Below the pieces are notes generated by a model. That model worked only from the letters and a program-made list of their open reading frames with translations, had not been told where the DNA came from and did no database searches. DNA of 59,003 nucleotides, filler included. It is 6 parts of 6 records of this genome, joined end to end, with 100 filler letters (N's around TTAATTAATTAA, not from the genome) between each part and the next. Parts side by side here need not be neighbours in the genome. Positions count along the whole stretch, not along the records: positions 1 to 28,034 come from SRR31156797_28698; 5 more parts are not named here. One strand, 5' to 3'. This document shows, in pieces, positions 1-9,922 of this stretch. How positions within the stretch are numbered: position 1 is the first letter of the stretch; every line of letters starts with the position of its first letter. Made by a program: the position numbers and the translations under genes.

Positions 1-30
1 GCCATGAGCCATCAGCCATCAGCCATCAGC
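1..30. repeat. Short heptamer tandem repeat (GCCATCA, about 4 units) at the contig edge
   Basis: gccatga-gccatca-gccatca-gccatca-gc; overlaps the aminopeptidase stop codon. Confidence 0.7.
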
Positions 31-1225
31 ATGTAAACATACCGTCTTCGTATACCACAATATTTTTCCCCGACTTCAAATGGGCGGTGACGGTTTTGGG
101 TTCCGTGTTGACCAAATCCCAGTGAAGGGCGGAATCGTTGAATCCCAATTGTTTTTTTGTTTCTTCCGTGAGGGTCGAGGGATCCCCGTCGTAGGTGTCC
201 GAGTATGAAGCGCCAACGGCCAGGTGGCAGTTACCGTTGTCCCCGCCGAAGTTTTCATCGTACAGGGTGCTGGCCATGAACCGGTCAATTTTGCTAAATC
301 GCTTGTCCGTCAGGGAAAATTCGCCTACCCGGGCGGCGCCCTCGTCCATGTCCAACTGTTTTTGGGTGAAGGATTCCCCTTTTTCAGCCTTGATTCCGGA
401 TACCACGCCGTCACGGAATGTCAGGTTGACCCCTTCCACATAGTTTCCGCTCCTGAAAGAAGGCTGGTTGGCGAAATAGGTGCCTTCCGTGCCGCGCCAG
501 TCCGGGGATATGAAGAGTTCAAAGCTGGGAATGTTATGTCCGGAAATACCGATCCATTTTCGATGATCCCCCGGCGTGATTTTAAGATCGATGTTTTCCG
601 ATGCCACGTGATAATACTGAACATCCAGACTGTTGATCCATTTTTTGATATCCATGGCATCGTTGTAAACGGTCTCCCAGGCGTTTACGGGGTCAGGTTG
701 ATCCAGATAACAGGCCTTGATGACCTGCTCACTGTATTTTTCAAGGGTCAATTTGGCTTGTCTGGCCAATTCATCGGTAGGAACCATGCAAAGGGTCCAG
801 CCTAAGGTTCCTTTTTCCTCCCGTTTTCGCATGATGTCCCTAAGAGGTTTCATGGCCACGGCCACCTTGCCGATCCGCTTGGGATCGATATCCGCCAGGT
901 GGGTTAAGGATGTGGGGGCATGGAGAAAGATTCTGCCGTTGAGGTTCTTAAACAGTTCCTCATCCCATGACCCCCTGAAAACCAACTGTTCTTCGTCGGA
1001 TTTCTCATAAAAATCATGCTCCATGACCGTTGTTTTGCCCGAACGCATGACCGGATGAACCCCCATGTCCAGGAGTTTTCCGTGAAGCAACTCGGCCAGT
1101 TCCACCGCCGGGAAATCAAACTGTACCATGACCACATCCCCCTTTTTAAAGGTTTCGGTCCTGGCTTTCTTGAGTCCCCATAACAGGACATCGGCGTATT
1201 TATCCATCTGGTTTTTTGTTAACAT
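26..1225 (-). CDS. Aminopeptidase, peptidase family M29 (AmpT/PepS-like)
   Basis: Motifs NIPSFELF, VGEFSL, LYDENFGG, HLAVG, NDSALHWDLV; GGAG RBS upstream. Confidence 0.9.
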   Translation of the reverse strand: MLTKNQMDKYADVLLWGLKKARTETFKKGDVVMVQFDFPAVELAELLHGKLLDMGVHPVMRSGKTTVMEHDFYEKSDEEQLVFRGSWDEELFKNLNGRIFLHAPTSLTHLADIDPKRIGKVAVAMKPLRDIMRKREEKGTLGWTLCMVPTDELARQAKLTLEKYSEQVIKACYLDQPDPVNAWETVYNDAMDIKKWINSLDVQYYHVASENIDLKITPGDHRKWIGISGHNIPSFELFISPDWRGTEGTYFANQPSFRSGNYVEGVNLTFRDGVVSGIKAEKGESFTQKQLDMDEGAARVGEFSLTDKRFSKIDRFMASTLYDENFGGDNGNCHLAVGASYSDTYDGDPSTLTEETKKQLGFNDSALHWDLVNTEPKTVTAHLKSGKNIVVYEDGMFTC

Positions 1226-1249
1226 AAAAAATTCTCCTTAATTATTAAA

Positions 1250-1702
1250 TCATTCCAACATGGTTTCCCTGATCTCGCTTCGGGGGAGTTGGGAGCGAAT
1301 GGTATTATGGATATAAAACCCGAGACCCAGAACCACATTATCTTCCAGTGTCAGAATGACATATCCTTTCTCCAGTCCCAGATCAACGGGAATCTCGCCC
1401 GTCAGGACAAGTGTTTTAAACTGCGGCAAGTCCATCTGAAATACGGCTTTTGTGGCAAAGTGTCCGAAAGCCTGGATGAAACGCGTCGTGGGCTTTATGA
1501 AATGACCGACCTTACGAAAGGCCCTGAGCCCGACTTTGGAAACCTTCAAGTGGGCACCCTTTTTCACCTGTTCGGATTTCCCCAGTATAAACCAGCCCTT
1601 TTTTCTTTCAAAGAGATGGTATTCGTCCAGAACCGCAGGCGGGATCCCGAACCGTTCCAGCAGGTAGGTCGAAACGGCCCGTTTGCTGTCATCTTCGGCC
1701 AA
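1250..1702 (-). CDS. Hypothetical protein, likely RsmF C-terminal/PUA-like RNA-binding partner of the upstream methyltransferase
   Basis: YLLERFG...KPTTRFIQAFG...GYVIL...LGLG pattern; TTG start at 1702 overlapping the upstream stop chosen over the longer 1813 start. Confidence 0.6.
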   Translation of the reverse strand: MAEDDSKRAVSTYLLERFGIPPAVLDEYHLFERKKGWFILGKSEQVKKGAHLKVSKVGLRAFRKVGHFIKPTTRFIQAFGHFATKAVFQMDLPQFKTLVLTGEIPVDLGLEKGYVILTLEDNVVLGLGFYIHNTIRSQLPRSEIRETMLE

Positions 1703-2594
1703 TTCTGGCCATGAAGAAGCCCACCGAATCGACATGGTGGGGGTAAAATCTGGCTGTTCTTGTAAGGCGTTTGTCATATGTTTCACTCTTCCATTCCGAT
1801 AGCCCCGGTTCAAAAGCGATTCCCAAATGAATGGGCAGCAGCTCCGCGTCTCTCTCTTTTAACAGGAAATTGACCACCGATTCGTTTTCGGACGGGTTGT
1901 AGGTGCAGGTGGCGTACAACATTTCTCCTTTATTTTTGAGGAGATCAAACCCGCGCAAGAGTATCTTTTTCTGAATATCCGGGAGCAGCGCTTTCTTTTT
2001 GTTTTCCCGGTATTGGGTCTCTTTGACTGTTTTCCTGAACCTTCCTTCACAGGAGCAGGGAACATCCGCCAGAATGTAGTCGAATGGTTGGCGAAGGGGA
2101 AATTCCTGGGCCTGATATCCGGTCACCACCGAATTCCGAACTCCCAGTCTGGAAAGGGTATGCCCCAGGGATACATGACGATTCGCGTAGAGGTCATTAC
2201 AGACCATGAACCCCGTATTTCCCATCAGGTCCGCCAGGTGGGCGCTTTTCCCCCCCGGTGCCGCACACATGTCAAGGACAAGGGCATCTTTCCGGGGTCG
2301 CAGTGCCAAGGCGGCCAGTGCTGAGGTCAAGGCCTGGGGGTGAATTTGTCCCAGGAAATATTCCAACAAGTTTCCGGGGTAGGGGAGATCTTCGGCAATA
2401 TAGAGGGCATCATGCTCCCGGCAGACCCGTGTCATCAAAATGCCCTTTTTCCTCATGGCCGCCACCACCTTTGAAGGTTGCGCCAACAGAGTGTTGATCC
2501 TCAGGTGAACGGGAAAGGGTTTTGTCAGGCTTTCCTGAAAAAGGGGGAAATCCGGGATGATGTTATGGTAAGTTTCAAAAATATCAGTGTTCAC
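1689..2594 (-). CDS. RsmB/NOP2/Sun family RNA m5C methyltransferase
   Basis: VLDMCAAPGGK, DVPCS, YATCTYNPSENE motifs; GTG start inferred. Confidence 0.9.
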   Translation of the reverse strand: MNTDIFETYHNIIPDFPLFQESLTKPFPVHLRINTLLAQPSKVVAAMRKKGILMTRVCREHDALYIAEDLPYPGNLLEYFLGQIHPQALTSALAALALRPRKDALVLDMCAAPGGKSAHLADLMGNTGFMVCNDLYANRHVSLGHTLSRLGVRNSVVTGYQAQEFPLRQPFDYILADVPCSCEGRFRKTVKETQYRENKKKALLPDIQKKILLRGFDLLKNKGEMLYATCTYNPSENESVVNFLLKERDAELLPIHLGIAFEPGLSEWKSETYDKRLTRTARFYPHHVDSVGFFMARIGRR

Positions 2595-2856
2595 GGAACC
2601 GACAATCCTCAAGGTCAAATGCATCCATATCAAATATTCCGGCAATCTTAGGTTTTCCCCTTTTCATTGTCAATTCTCAATTGCCAGGGCCATTCAGGGA
2701 ATGTGCTTTTGGGCCATACCGATTCATGTCTATCAGTGAAATTTCCAATAAAATTAATGAAATTTCTCCAATGATCATTTAACATCTGTCAGGAAAAACC
2801 GGACTCTCCTAAAAAAGATCAAGGCGGACGGTTTGCTTCCCAGAACCTTATAAATA

Positions 2857-4737
2857 ATGGAAAAGGAAGGAGAAGGCATGCAAAGGGCTGCCGTTACCCT
2901 GGAACTGGACCCTGAAAAGGCCTTAAAGAGAAAACAGGCGGCGGTCTACCGTTTGAACGTGATACAGTTTCCCCTAATGAGGGTGTTCGGTTTTTTTCTC
3001 CTGGCCTTTTTTGTGTTGATACATAACTACTACATGTCCAAAACCTTTTCGTGGGAAGAAACGACCCAATTTCAAGTGATCGCCTTTTCCTATGCCGGGA
3101 TTTCATGGCTTATCCTTTATCTTTTCTTCGGGAAGACCGGCAGGTTTGATCTCGGACTTTTCTTTCTGATCTCGGACTTTTTTATTTTTGCTCTGGCCGT
3201 ATATTTTTCAGGAGGCCAGAAGAGCCTTCTTTTTTTCCTCTTTCTGATTCGGGTTGCAGATCAAACCAACACCCATTTCAAGCGGGTCCTTGTTTTTTCA
3301 CACATTGCCGTTGCCGTGTACGGGGGTCTGCTTCTCTACCTCCATTACTTTGACCATGAAAATATCTGGCTGGCATATGAAATTCCGAAACTGCTGGGGC
3401 TCTATCTGGCATGTATCTATATCTCTTTCACCGCGAGGACAGCTGAACGTCTACGGAACCGAACCAAGGTTGCCATGAAACTGGCCCGGGAGTCCATCGG
3501 AAATCTGGAGGCCAAAACGGAAGAACTGAAAGATGCAAAACTTAAGGCCGAAGCCGGAAACATTGCCAAGAGCGAATTTCTGGCCAACATCAATCATGAA
3601 ATCCGTACGCCCCTTAACGGCATTATGGGCATGATCCGGCTGGTCAAGGACAGCCCTCTGGACAAAGAGCAGCGGGAGCACCTGGAACTGGCCGGCCAAT
3701 CCGCCGATGCGCTTTCGGGAATATTGAATGATATTCTGGAGTTTACCAAGACCGATGTCAATTCTATTGTACTGGAAAACCGTCTGTTTGATTTGAGGGA
3801 TTTGCTGAACAATGTGGCGGAAACCATTTCTCCATCCGCCGGGGATAAAGGGCTTTGGTTTACGGTTGATTGCGCTTTGGAAACGCCTTTTCGGTTGATG
3901 GGAGATTGGACTCGAATACGGCAGATCCTGGTTCATCTGGGTCGCAACGCCATCAAATTCACCCATGAAGGCGGTGTGATGGTGCGTGTGGAAATCAAAG
4001 AGAAAACCCATGAATCCGTATCCCTGCATTTCACCGTTTCCGATACCGGCATCGGCATTCCCGAAGAAAGAATGAAAAGCGTGTTCGATACTTTCACCCA
4101 GGTGGATGGATCCAGCACGCGGAAGTATGGGGGGGCCGGTCTGGGACTGGCCCTGGCCAGCCGTATTGTGGAGATGATGGGCGGCAGCATCTGGGTGAAA
4201 AGCCCGGCGGATATGCCATGTCCGTGCGGCGAGGGGCAGGAAGTGGAAAGAAGTTCGCCATGCGGTGGTCCTGGAAGCACATTTCATTTTGTGCTGCCTT
4301 TTCCGGTATCTTCGGAGGAAACTTTCGGGGAATTGTCCGAGACCGATTTGGAAGCTTTTATTGAAGCGTCGCTGGATAATGAGGAAAGTAAAGAGGCCCC
4401 GGGGAGAAAACACCTCGATTTTTCAAAAGCGACCCAAATGTTTGATGGGGACATGGATCTTTTCAAGGAAATTGCCACACTATTTGTTGAAGACTTTCCA
4501 CAAAAAGCGGATCAGATCAGGGATGGGATCAAAAAGGGCGATGGAACCGTGGTGGTCCGGGGGGCGCAAAACCTGAAGGATTCCGCGGCAAGTCTCGGAG
4601 CGGATCGGATTTTTGATTTGTCCTGTCGCCTGGAAGCTTGTGGTCTTGAGAATCGGTTGTCCGAGGGTGAAACAATTTTAAAGGAATTGGCGGTTGCCGT
4701 TGAGGCTTTGCGATCGCTCCTGAAGGAGGTTCCATGA
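2857..4737 (+). CDS. Membrane sensor histidine kinase (multi-TM, HisKA, HATPase_c, degenerate C-terminal Hpt-like domain, no receiver)
   Basis: H-box [16 protein letters not shown]-box NAIKFT, DTGIG, GAGLGL; C-terminal [13 protein letters not shown]. Confidence 0.9.
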   Translation: MEKEGEGMQRAAVTLELDPEKALKRKQAAVYRLNVIQFPLMRVFGFFLLAFFVLIHNYYMSKTFSWEETTQFQVIAFSYAGISWLILYLFFGKTGRFDLGLFFLISDFFIFALAVYFSGGQKSLLFFLFLIRVADQTNTHFKRVLVFSHIAVAVYGGLLLYLHYFDHENIWLAYEIPKLLGLYLACIYISFTARTAERLRNRTKVAMKLARESIGNLEAKTEELKDAKLKAEAGNIAKSEFLANINHEIRTPLNGIMGMIRLVKDSPLDKEQREHLELAGQSADALSGILNDILEFTKTDVNSIVLENRLFDLRDLLNNVAETISPSAGDKGLWFTVDCALETPFRLMGDWTRIRQILVHLGRNAIKFTHEGGVMVRVEIKEKTHESVSLHFTVSDTGIGIPEERMKSVFDTFTQVDGSSTRKYGGAGLGLALASRIVEMMGGSIWVKSPADMPCPCGEGQEVERSSPCGGPGSTFHFVLPFPVSSEETFGELSETDLEAFIEASLDNEESKEAPGRKHLDFSKATQMFDGDMDLFKEIATLFVEDFPQKADQIRDGIKKGDGTVVVRGAQNLKDSAASLGADRIFDLSCRLEACGLENRLSEGETILKELAVAVEALRSLLKEVP

Positions 4738-4831
4738 GAATGGATATTCATGTCTTCCCCTGGTGGCCGGCTTATACCTTTGACCACCCATTGAGAAAGT
4801 TACAGGATCCTTTTTGGAAGAGCCGCAGTTC

Positions 4832-5602
4832 TCAAAAAACCCGCAATCCATGAATGAAATCCCCCACGGCATCAATCCCGTCTTTTTCCATGATACGAAG
4901 GGTTTCTGTCCCGATGACGGCAATATCCGCCTTCCCCGTGAGATAGTCCACATCCGTTTTTCCACTGACTCCGAAGCCTACGGCCAGGGGAAGGGAGGAG
5001 GCTTTGCGGCACCTGGAAAGATATTCGACCATGTGGCGGCTGAAGGCTGTTCTGGCGCCCGTGACCCCTTTTCTGGCCACGCAGTATACAAACCCTTGGG
5101 TAAAGTTGCTCAGATACTGCATGCGCTCGGTAGGGGTGGTGGGGGAAAAGATGAGCACCGGAGACAACCCATGATCGTTCATGGCTTTGAGATACTCACC
5201 TCCTTCTTCAGGTGGCAGATCCGGTATGATGGCGCCTTTGAGTCCCGTCTCGGCCATGCGGGAAACGAAAGGATCCACGCCGTATTTAAACAGAATATTG
5301 TAATAGGTCATGATGAGAAAGGGGATTTCGAATCGACGGGCCGCATTTTCCGCAAACATGAGACACTCTCTAACGGTGGCCCCCAGTTCCAAGGCTTTCT
5401 GGTTGGCGCGCAGGATCACGGGCCCATCGGCCATGGGTTCGGAAAAGGGGATCTGTAGTTCCATGAGGTCCACCCCCGCATTGACCATTGTTTCAACCAG
5501 GTTCATGGCATCCTCAAAGGAGGGGTATCCCACCACAATGTGTGTCATGAGCAGAATATCTTTTTTTAATAATTGTTCTTTCAAATAAGTTTCAAGCACC
5601 AT
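4832..5602 (-). CDS. trpA: Tryptophan synthase alpha subunit
   Basis: ELQIPFSEPMADGPVI, IIPDLP, KGVTG, VGFGV; start at MVLETY overlapping the trpB end. Confidence 0.95.
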   Translation of the reverse strand: MVLETYLKEQLLKKDILLMTHIVVGYPSFEDAMNLVETMVNAGVDLMELQIPFSEPMADGPVILRANQKALELGATVRECLMFAENAARRFEIPFLIMTYYNILFKYGVDPFVSRMAETGLKGAIIPDLPPEEGGEYLKAMNDHGLSPVLIFSPTTPTERMQYLSNFTQGFVYCVARKGVTGARTAFSRHMVEYLSRCRKASSLPLAVGFGVSGKTDVDYLTGKADIAVIGTETLRIMEKDGIDAVGDFIHGLRVF

Positions 5603-6818
5603 AAGCCTCCGCTTTTTCCTGAATGAAGGTTTTCCAGTGGGGATCGTCAAAGGCATCGGCGATGGTAAAAATGTCTTTGTCTCCCCGTCCCGATTGGTTG
5701 ATGAGGATGATGTCTTCCCCGGAAAGGGTAGGGGCTTCCTTGAAGGCTTGGGCAAAGGCGTGTGCCGATTCAAGGGCCGGGATCAACCCTTCCATCTTGA
5801 GGGTGAGGGTAAGCGCTTCAATGACTTCCCGGTCGGTGGTCGCCTCAAAGCGCACCCGGCCGCTTTTGCCTAAGGCGGCCAGGATGGGAGAAATCCCGAT
5901 ATAGTCCAGACCGGCCGCCACGCTGTGGGTTTCTTTCATCTGACCATCTTCATTTTGAAGAAAATAGGTCTTGTACCCCTGGGCCACGCCCGGACTGCCG
6001 TCCTCCGATGCCATTCGGGCCGCATGTTCTCCCGTATGGATCCCTTTTCCGGCGGCTTCCGCTCCCACCAGTTCCACTTCGTCATCCATAAAGCCATTGA
6101 ATATGCCCAATGCGTTGGAACCCCCTCCCACGCAGGCATAGACCCGGGTGGGGAGCTTCCCCGTCTGTTTTAGGATCTGTTTCCGAGCTTCCCGGCCGAT
6201 GATGGACTGAAAATACGATACCATTTCAGGGTAGGGATGGGGGCCGCAGGCGGTTCCCAGGACATAATGGGTATTGTCCATGTTGGACACCCAGTCCCTG
6301 AACGCTTCATTGATGGCATCTTTCAGGATTTTGGACCCATCCGTAACGGGGACCACTTGAGCCCCCAGACGCTCCATCCAGAACACATTGGGCCTCTGCC
6401 GCAGAACATCCGTTTCCCCCATGTAGATGGTGCATTCAAATCCGTATTTGGCGGCCATGGTGGCGGTGGCCACACCGTGCTGACCGGCGCCCGTCTCCGC
6501 AATGACCCGGGACTTTCCCATCCGTTTTACCAGCAGCCCCTGCCCCATGACATTGTTGACTTTGTGGGCGCCCGTGTGGTTGAGGTCTTCCCGCTTGATA
6601 TGGATTTGTGCGCCGCCGAAATGACGGGTCAGGTTTTCGGCAAAGGTGATCGGCGTGGGTCGGCAGGAATAAGTGCTCATGACATGCTCATATTCCCGCC
6701 GGAACAAGGGGTCCGCTTTCGCGGTTTCAAAGGCCGCAGCCAGTTCCTCAAAGGTTGAGACCAGAACTTCCGGAATAAATGCTCCGCCGAACGGTCCGTA
6801 ATAGCCGCGATGATCCAT
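5592..6818 (-). CDS. trpB: Tryptophan synthase beta subunit
   Basis: KREDLNHTGAHK, AETGAGQHG, CVGGGSNA, SGRGDKD. Confidence 0.97.
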   Translation of the reverse strand: MDHRGYYGPFGGAFIPEVLVSTFEELAAAFETAKADPLFRREYEHVMSTYSCRPTPITFAENLTRHFGGAQIHIKREDLNHTGAHKVNNVMGQGLLVKRMGKSRVIAETGAGQHGVATATMAAKYGFECTIYMGETDVLRQRPNVFWMERLGAQVVPVTDGSKILKDAINEAFRDWVSNMDNTHYVLGTACGPHPYPEMVSYFQSIIGREARKQILKQTGKLPTRVYACVGGGSNALGIFNGFMDDEVELVGAEAAGKGIHTGEHAARMASEDGSPGVAQGYKTYFLQNEDGQMKETHSVAAGLDYIGISPILAALGKSGRVRFEATTDREVIEALTLTLKMEGLIPALESAHAFAQAFKEAPTLSGEDIILINQSGRGDKDIFTIADAFDDPHWKTFIQEKAEAYGA

Positions 6819-6850
6819 TTTAATGTATACCTCCGGTTATTGTTGCGTTT

Positions 6851-7483
6851 TCAGCCCTGTAAATTTTGAAAGGCCATAACTTTTTTCATGAAAGTCCGCA
6901 TCCGCCCATGATCTTTTATGCCCGGACTTTCTTCGATGCCGCTGCTGATGTCGATGGCGGAAGGGTTTACTTTTTCCAGGGCTTCCTGAATGTTTTCCAT
7001 TTTCAGACCGCCCGACAGCACCATGGGGATGCCGCTTTTTTTGGCTTTGATTGCCAGACGCCAGTCAAATGTTTTTCCCGTGCCGCCTTTTAAGCCCTTT
7101 TGATAGGTGTCCAGGAGGATGGCCCTCACATGGTTTTTATAGCCCGGGATCCGCAATAACGTCTTTTCTCCTTGAACGCGAAAGGTTTTGATGATCTTCG
7201 GAGGCAGCTTGGAACAGTCGGAGATTGACTCATTTCCATGGAGTTGAACCAGATCCAGGCCGCAGAAATCCATGATCTTCAGAACTTCCCCCGGTTGTTC
7301 ATTAACGAAGACGCCCACGGTTTTCACAAAGGGAGGGATTCTCCGAATGATGTCCCTCGCATTTTGAGGTGTGATCCGCCTGGGGCTTTTCGCAAAAATG
7401 AACCCCAGAGCGTTCGCGCCCCATTCAACCGCCGCCTGGGCATCAATCATACGGGTGATGCCGCAGATTTTAACCTGTACCAC
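6851..7483 (-). CDS. trpF: Phosphoribosylanthranilate isomerase
   Basis: VKICGIT, VQLHG, GGTGKTFDW, SSGIE. Confidence 0.95.
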   Translation of the reverse strand: MVQVKICGITRMIDAQAAVEWGANALGFIFAKSPRRITPQNARDIIRRIPPFVKTVGVFVNEQPGEVLKIMDFCGLDLVQLHGNESISDCSKLPPKIIKTFRVQGEKTLLRIPGYKNHVRAILLDTYQKGLKGGTGKTFDWRLAIKAKKSGIPMVLSGGLKMENIQEALEKVNPSAIDISSGIEESPGIKDHGRMRTFMKKVMAFQNLQG

Positions 7484-7487
7484 TTCT

Positions 7488-8273
7488 TTATTCTCCTTTT
7501 CCCGCCCTTACCATTTCCATTGCCCGTTTCCCCGGATCCGCCGCGCCCATGAGGGCCGAACCCACCAGGACCGCCTGAATCTTCAACCCTTTCAAATCGA
7601 GTATGTCTTGGGCCGAAAGGATGCCGCTTTCACTGATCACCACCCGGTCCGGGGGTATGAGGGGCGCCAGTTCCAGGGTGGTGTTCATGTTGATTTCAAA
7701 GGTATCCAGATCACGGTTGTTGATGCCGATAATATGCGCATGGCAATCCAACGCCTTTTCAAGGTCTTCTCTATTATGGATTTCAATGAGTGCCTTTATT
7801 CCGTATTTCCGTGCAGCATCAAGCAGGTACCCCAATTGTTCAACGGAGAGGATCCGGGCAATGAGCAGTACGGCGTCGGCGCCGAATATTGCGGACTCCA
7901 TGATTTGGCGTTCATCAATGATGAAATCCTTTCGAAGGATCGGCAGGGAAACCGCTTGTTTGAGTCTTGGCAGGTTTTGCAGGTCCCCTTTAAAAAAAGT
8001 CCTGTCCGTCAATAGGGAGATGGCTGCGGCCCCGGATTTTTCATACGCTTGCCCGATGGCAAGGGGATCGGATTCTTCACGGATAATGCCTGCCGAAGGG
8101 GATCCGAATTTGATTTCAGCGATCAAATCGATTCCGTTGCTCGATGTGAGCGCCTTCTCCAAGTCGCGCCGGTCCGATGGTAAGGGGTACACCGGTGTCG
8201 GGAGATCGGCCTTTTTCAGGCGTTCCACTTCCCTCCTTTTCTCTTCCAGGATTTCCAGCAGCTTGGCGTGCAT
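7488..8273 (-). CDS. trpC: Indole-3-glycerol phosphate synthase
   Basis: IAEIKFGSPSAG, LRKDF, GINNRDL, ISESGI. Confidence 0.95.
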   Translation of the reverse strand: MHAKLLEILEEKRREVERLKKADLPTPVYPLPSDRRDLEKALTSSNGIDLIAEIKFGSPSAGIIREESDPLAIGQAYEKSGAAAISLLTDRTFFKGDLQNLPRLKQAVSLPILRKDFIIDERQIMESAIFGADAVLLIARILSVEQLGYLLDAARKYGIKALIEIHNREDLEKALDCHAHIIGINNRDLDTFEINMNTTLELAPLIPPDRVVISESGILSAQDILDLKGLKIQAVLVGSALMGAADPGKRAMEMVRAGKGE

Positions 8274-9353
8274 CTACAATTCCTTTCGCACAAAGTCGGT
8301 GCATGCGCGGGTGAAATCAACCAGTGCATCCATCTTTCCCCTCGCCTTCCCCGAATCTATGACGTCTTCGGCCCGTTTAATCCCTTCACCAAAATCCGTG
8401 TCCAGGCCGGAGGCCACATAGGCGGATGCAGCGTTTAAAAGGACCATCTCCCGTTTGGGACCTTTTTCACCATCAAGGATTTGGCGGATGATTTCCGCGT
8501 TCCGTTTGGCGTTGCCCCCCTGTATCTCTTCTGTAGCGGCCCGTTTAAAACCGTAGGTTTCAGGTTCAATGTCAAAGGTGTTGAGCTCGTTGTTTTTGAG
8601 ATGGGTTATTTTTGTTCTGCCGCAAATGCTGATTTCGTCGTAGGTCCCCTCACCGCACACCACGAACGCCTCGCGTGTTCCCAGGTTGTTCAGTACGCTG
8701 GCCATCATTTCCGTCAGTTCGGGAGCATATACGCCCAGTATCTGCACATTGGCGCCTGCGGGATTGGTCAGGGGGCCCAAGAGGTTAAAAAGGGTCCTGA
8801 GCCCGATTTCACGCCGGGGTTTGGCGGCGTATTTCATGGCCCCATGAAAGCTCGGGGCATATAAAAAGCCGATGCCCACTTCGTTCACGCACCGCTCCAC
8901 GTCCGCATGGTTGATGTCCAGGTTGACACCCAGATTCTCCAGTACATCGGCACTGCCGCAGAGGCTTGAAACCGCGCGGTTGCCGTGTTTGGCCACCCGC
9001 AAACCGGCGCCGGCCGCCACAAAGGCGGTGGTGGTGGAGACATTGAAGGTTCTGGTGCCGTCCCCGCCGGTGCCCACAATGTCCAGAAGGGTTTCATCTT
9101 CCGCATTGATTTCGTCTCTGTCAATATTGACCAGATGGTTGTTAACGTCTATTTTTCCCGCCTTTTCACGCATGACCTTTGCCGCCCCCGTGATTTCCGC
9201 CACGGTTTCCCCTTTCATTCTGAGGGCGGTCAGAAATGCGCCGATTTGAGAAGGGGTCGTCTGTCCGGTCATGATTTCATCCATGGTGGAGAGCATCTCT
9301 TGCTCCGTCAGATCCTGCCGGTTGACCACTTTTGCGATGGCTTCTTTTATCAT
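8274..9353 (-). CDS. trpD: Anthranilate phosphoribosyltransferase
   Basis: GTGGDG, FNVST, AKHGNRAVSSLCGSAD, GPLTNP. Confidence 0.96.
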   Translation of the reverse strand: MIKEAIAKVVNRQDLTEQEMLSTMDEIMTGQTTPSQIGAFLTALRMKGETVAEITGAAKVMREKAGKIDVNNHLVNIDRDEINAEDETLLDIVGTGGDGTRTFNVSTTTAFVAAGAGLRVAKHGNRAVSSLCGSADVLENLGVNLDINHADVERCVNEVGIGFLYAPSFHGAMKYAAKPRREIGLRTLFNLLGPLTNPAGANVQILGVYAPELTEMMASVLNNLGTREAFVVCGEGTYDEISICGRTKITHLKNNELNTFDIEPETYGFKRAATEEIQGGNAKRNAEIIRQILDGEKGPKREMVLLNAASAYVASGLDTDFGEGIKRAEDVIDSGKARGKMDALVDFTRACTDFVRKEL

Positions 9354-9922
9354 TTTGGTATCCTCCTTAAAAAGTTTTTCATCATATCCATTCCCACGTC
9401 GGTCAGAATTGATTCCGGGTGGAATTGCACCCCTTCCATGGGGTGTTCTTTGTGCCGTAGTCCCATGACTTCTCCCCGTTCGGTCCAGGCACTGATTTCA
9501 AATCCCTCCGGTATGCGATGGCGGTTTACGAGAAGGGAATGGTACCGGATGGCGGGAAAAGGGTTGGGAAGGTCTTTGTATAAAAACCTGCCGTCGTGGA
9601 AAATTCTACTGGTTTTGCCGTGCATGATCCGGTCCGCCCGGATCACTGTCCCACCGAAAGCGGCGGCCATGGATTGATGGCCGAGGCAAACGCCGAGGGT
9701 GGGAATCCGCCGGCCGAAATGCCGAATGGCCTCCACCGATATGCCGGCATGATCCGGCCTGCCCGGACCGGGGGAGACCACCAGGGCTGCGGGGTTTAAC
9801 ATTTCAAGATCCGGAATGTTCACCCGGTTATTTCGCCGTACGGAAATATCTTTCCCCAGCACCTGTATCATCTGGACCAGGTTGTAAGTAAAGGAATCGT
9901 AATTGTCGATCATGAGAATCAT
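9350..9922 (-). CDS. trpG: Anthranilate synthase component II (glutamine amidotransferase)
   Basis: IDNYDSFTYN, SPGPG, GVCLGHQ, QFHPES. Confidence 0.95.
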   Translation of the reverse strand: MILMIDNYDSFTYNLVQMIQVLGKDISVRRNNRVNIPDLEMLNPAALVVSPGPGRPDHAGISVEAIRHFGRRIPTLGVCLGHQSMAAAFGGTVIRADRIMHGKTSRIFHDGRFLYKDLPNPFPAIRYHSLLVNRHRIPEGFEISAWTERGEVMGLRHKEHPMEGVQFHPESILTDVGMDMMKNFLRRIPK

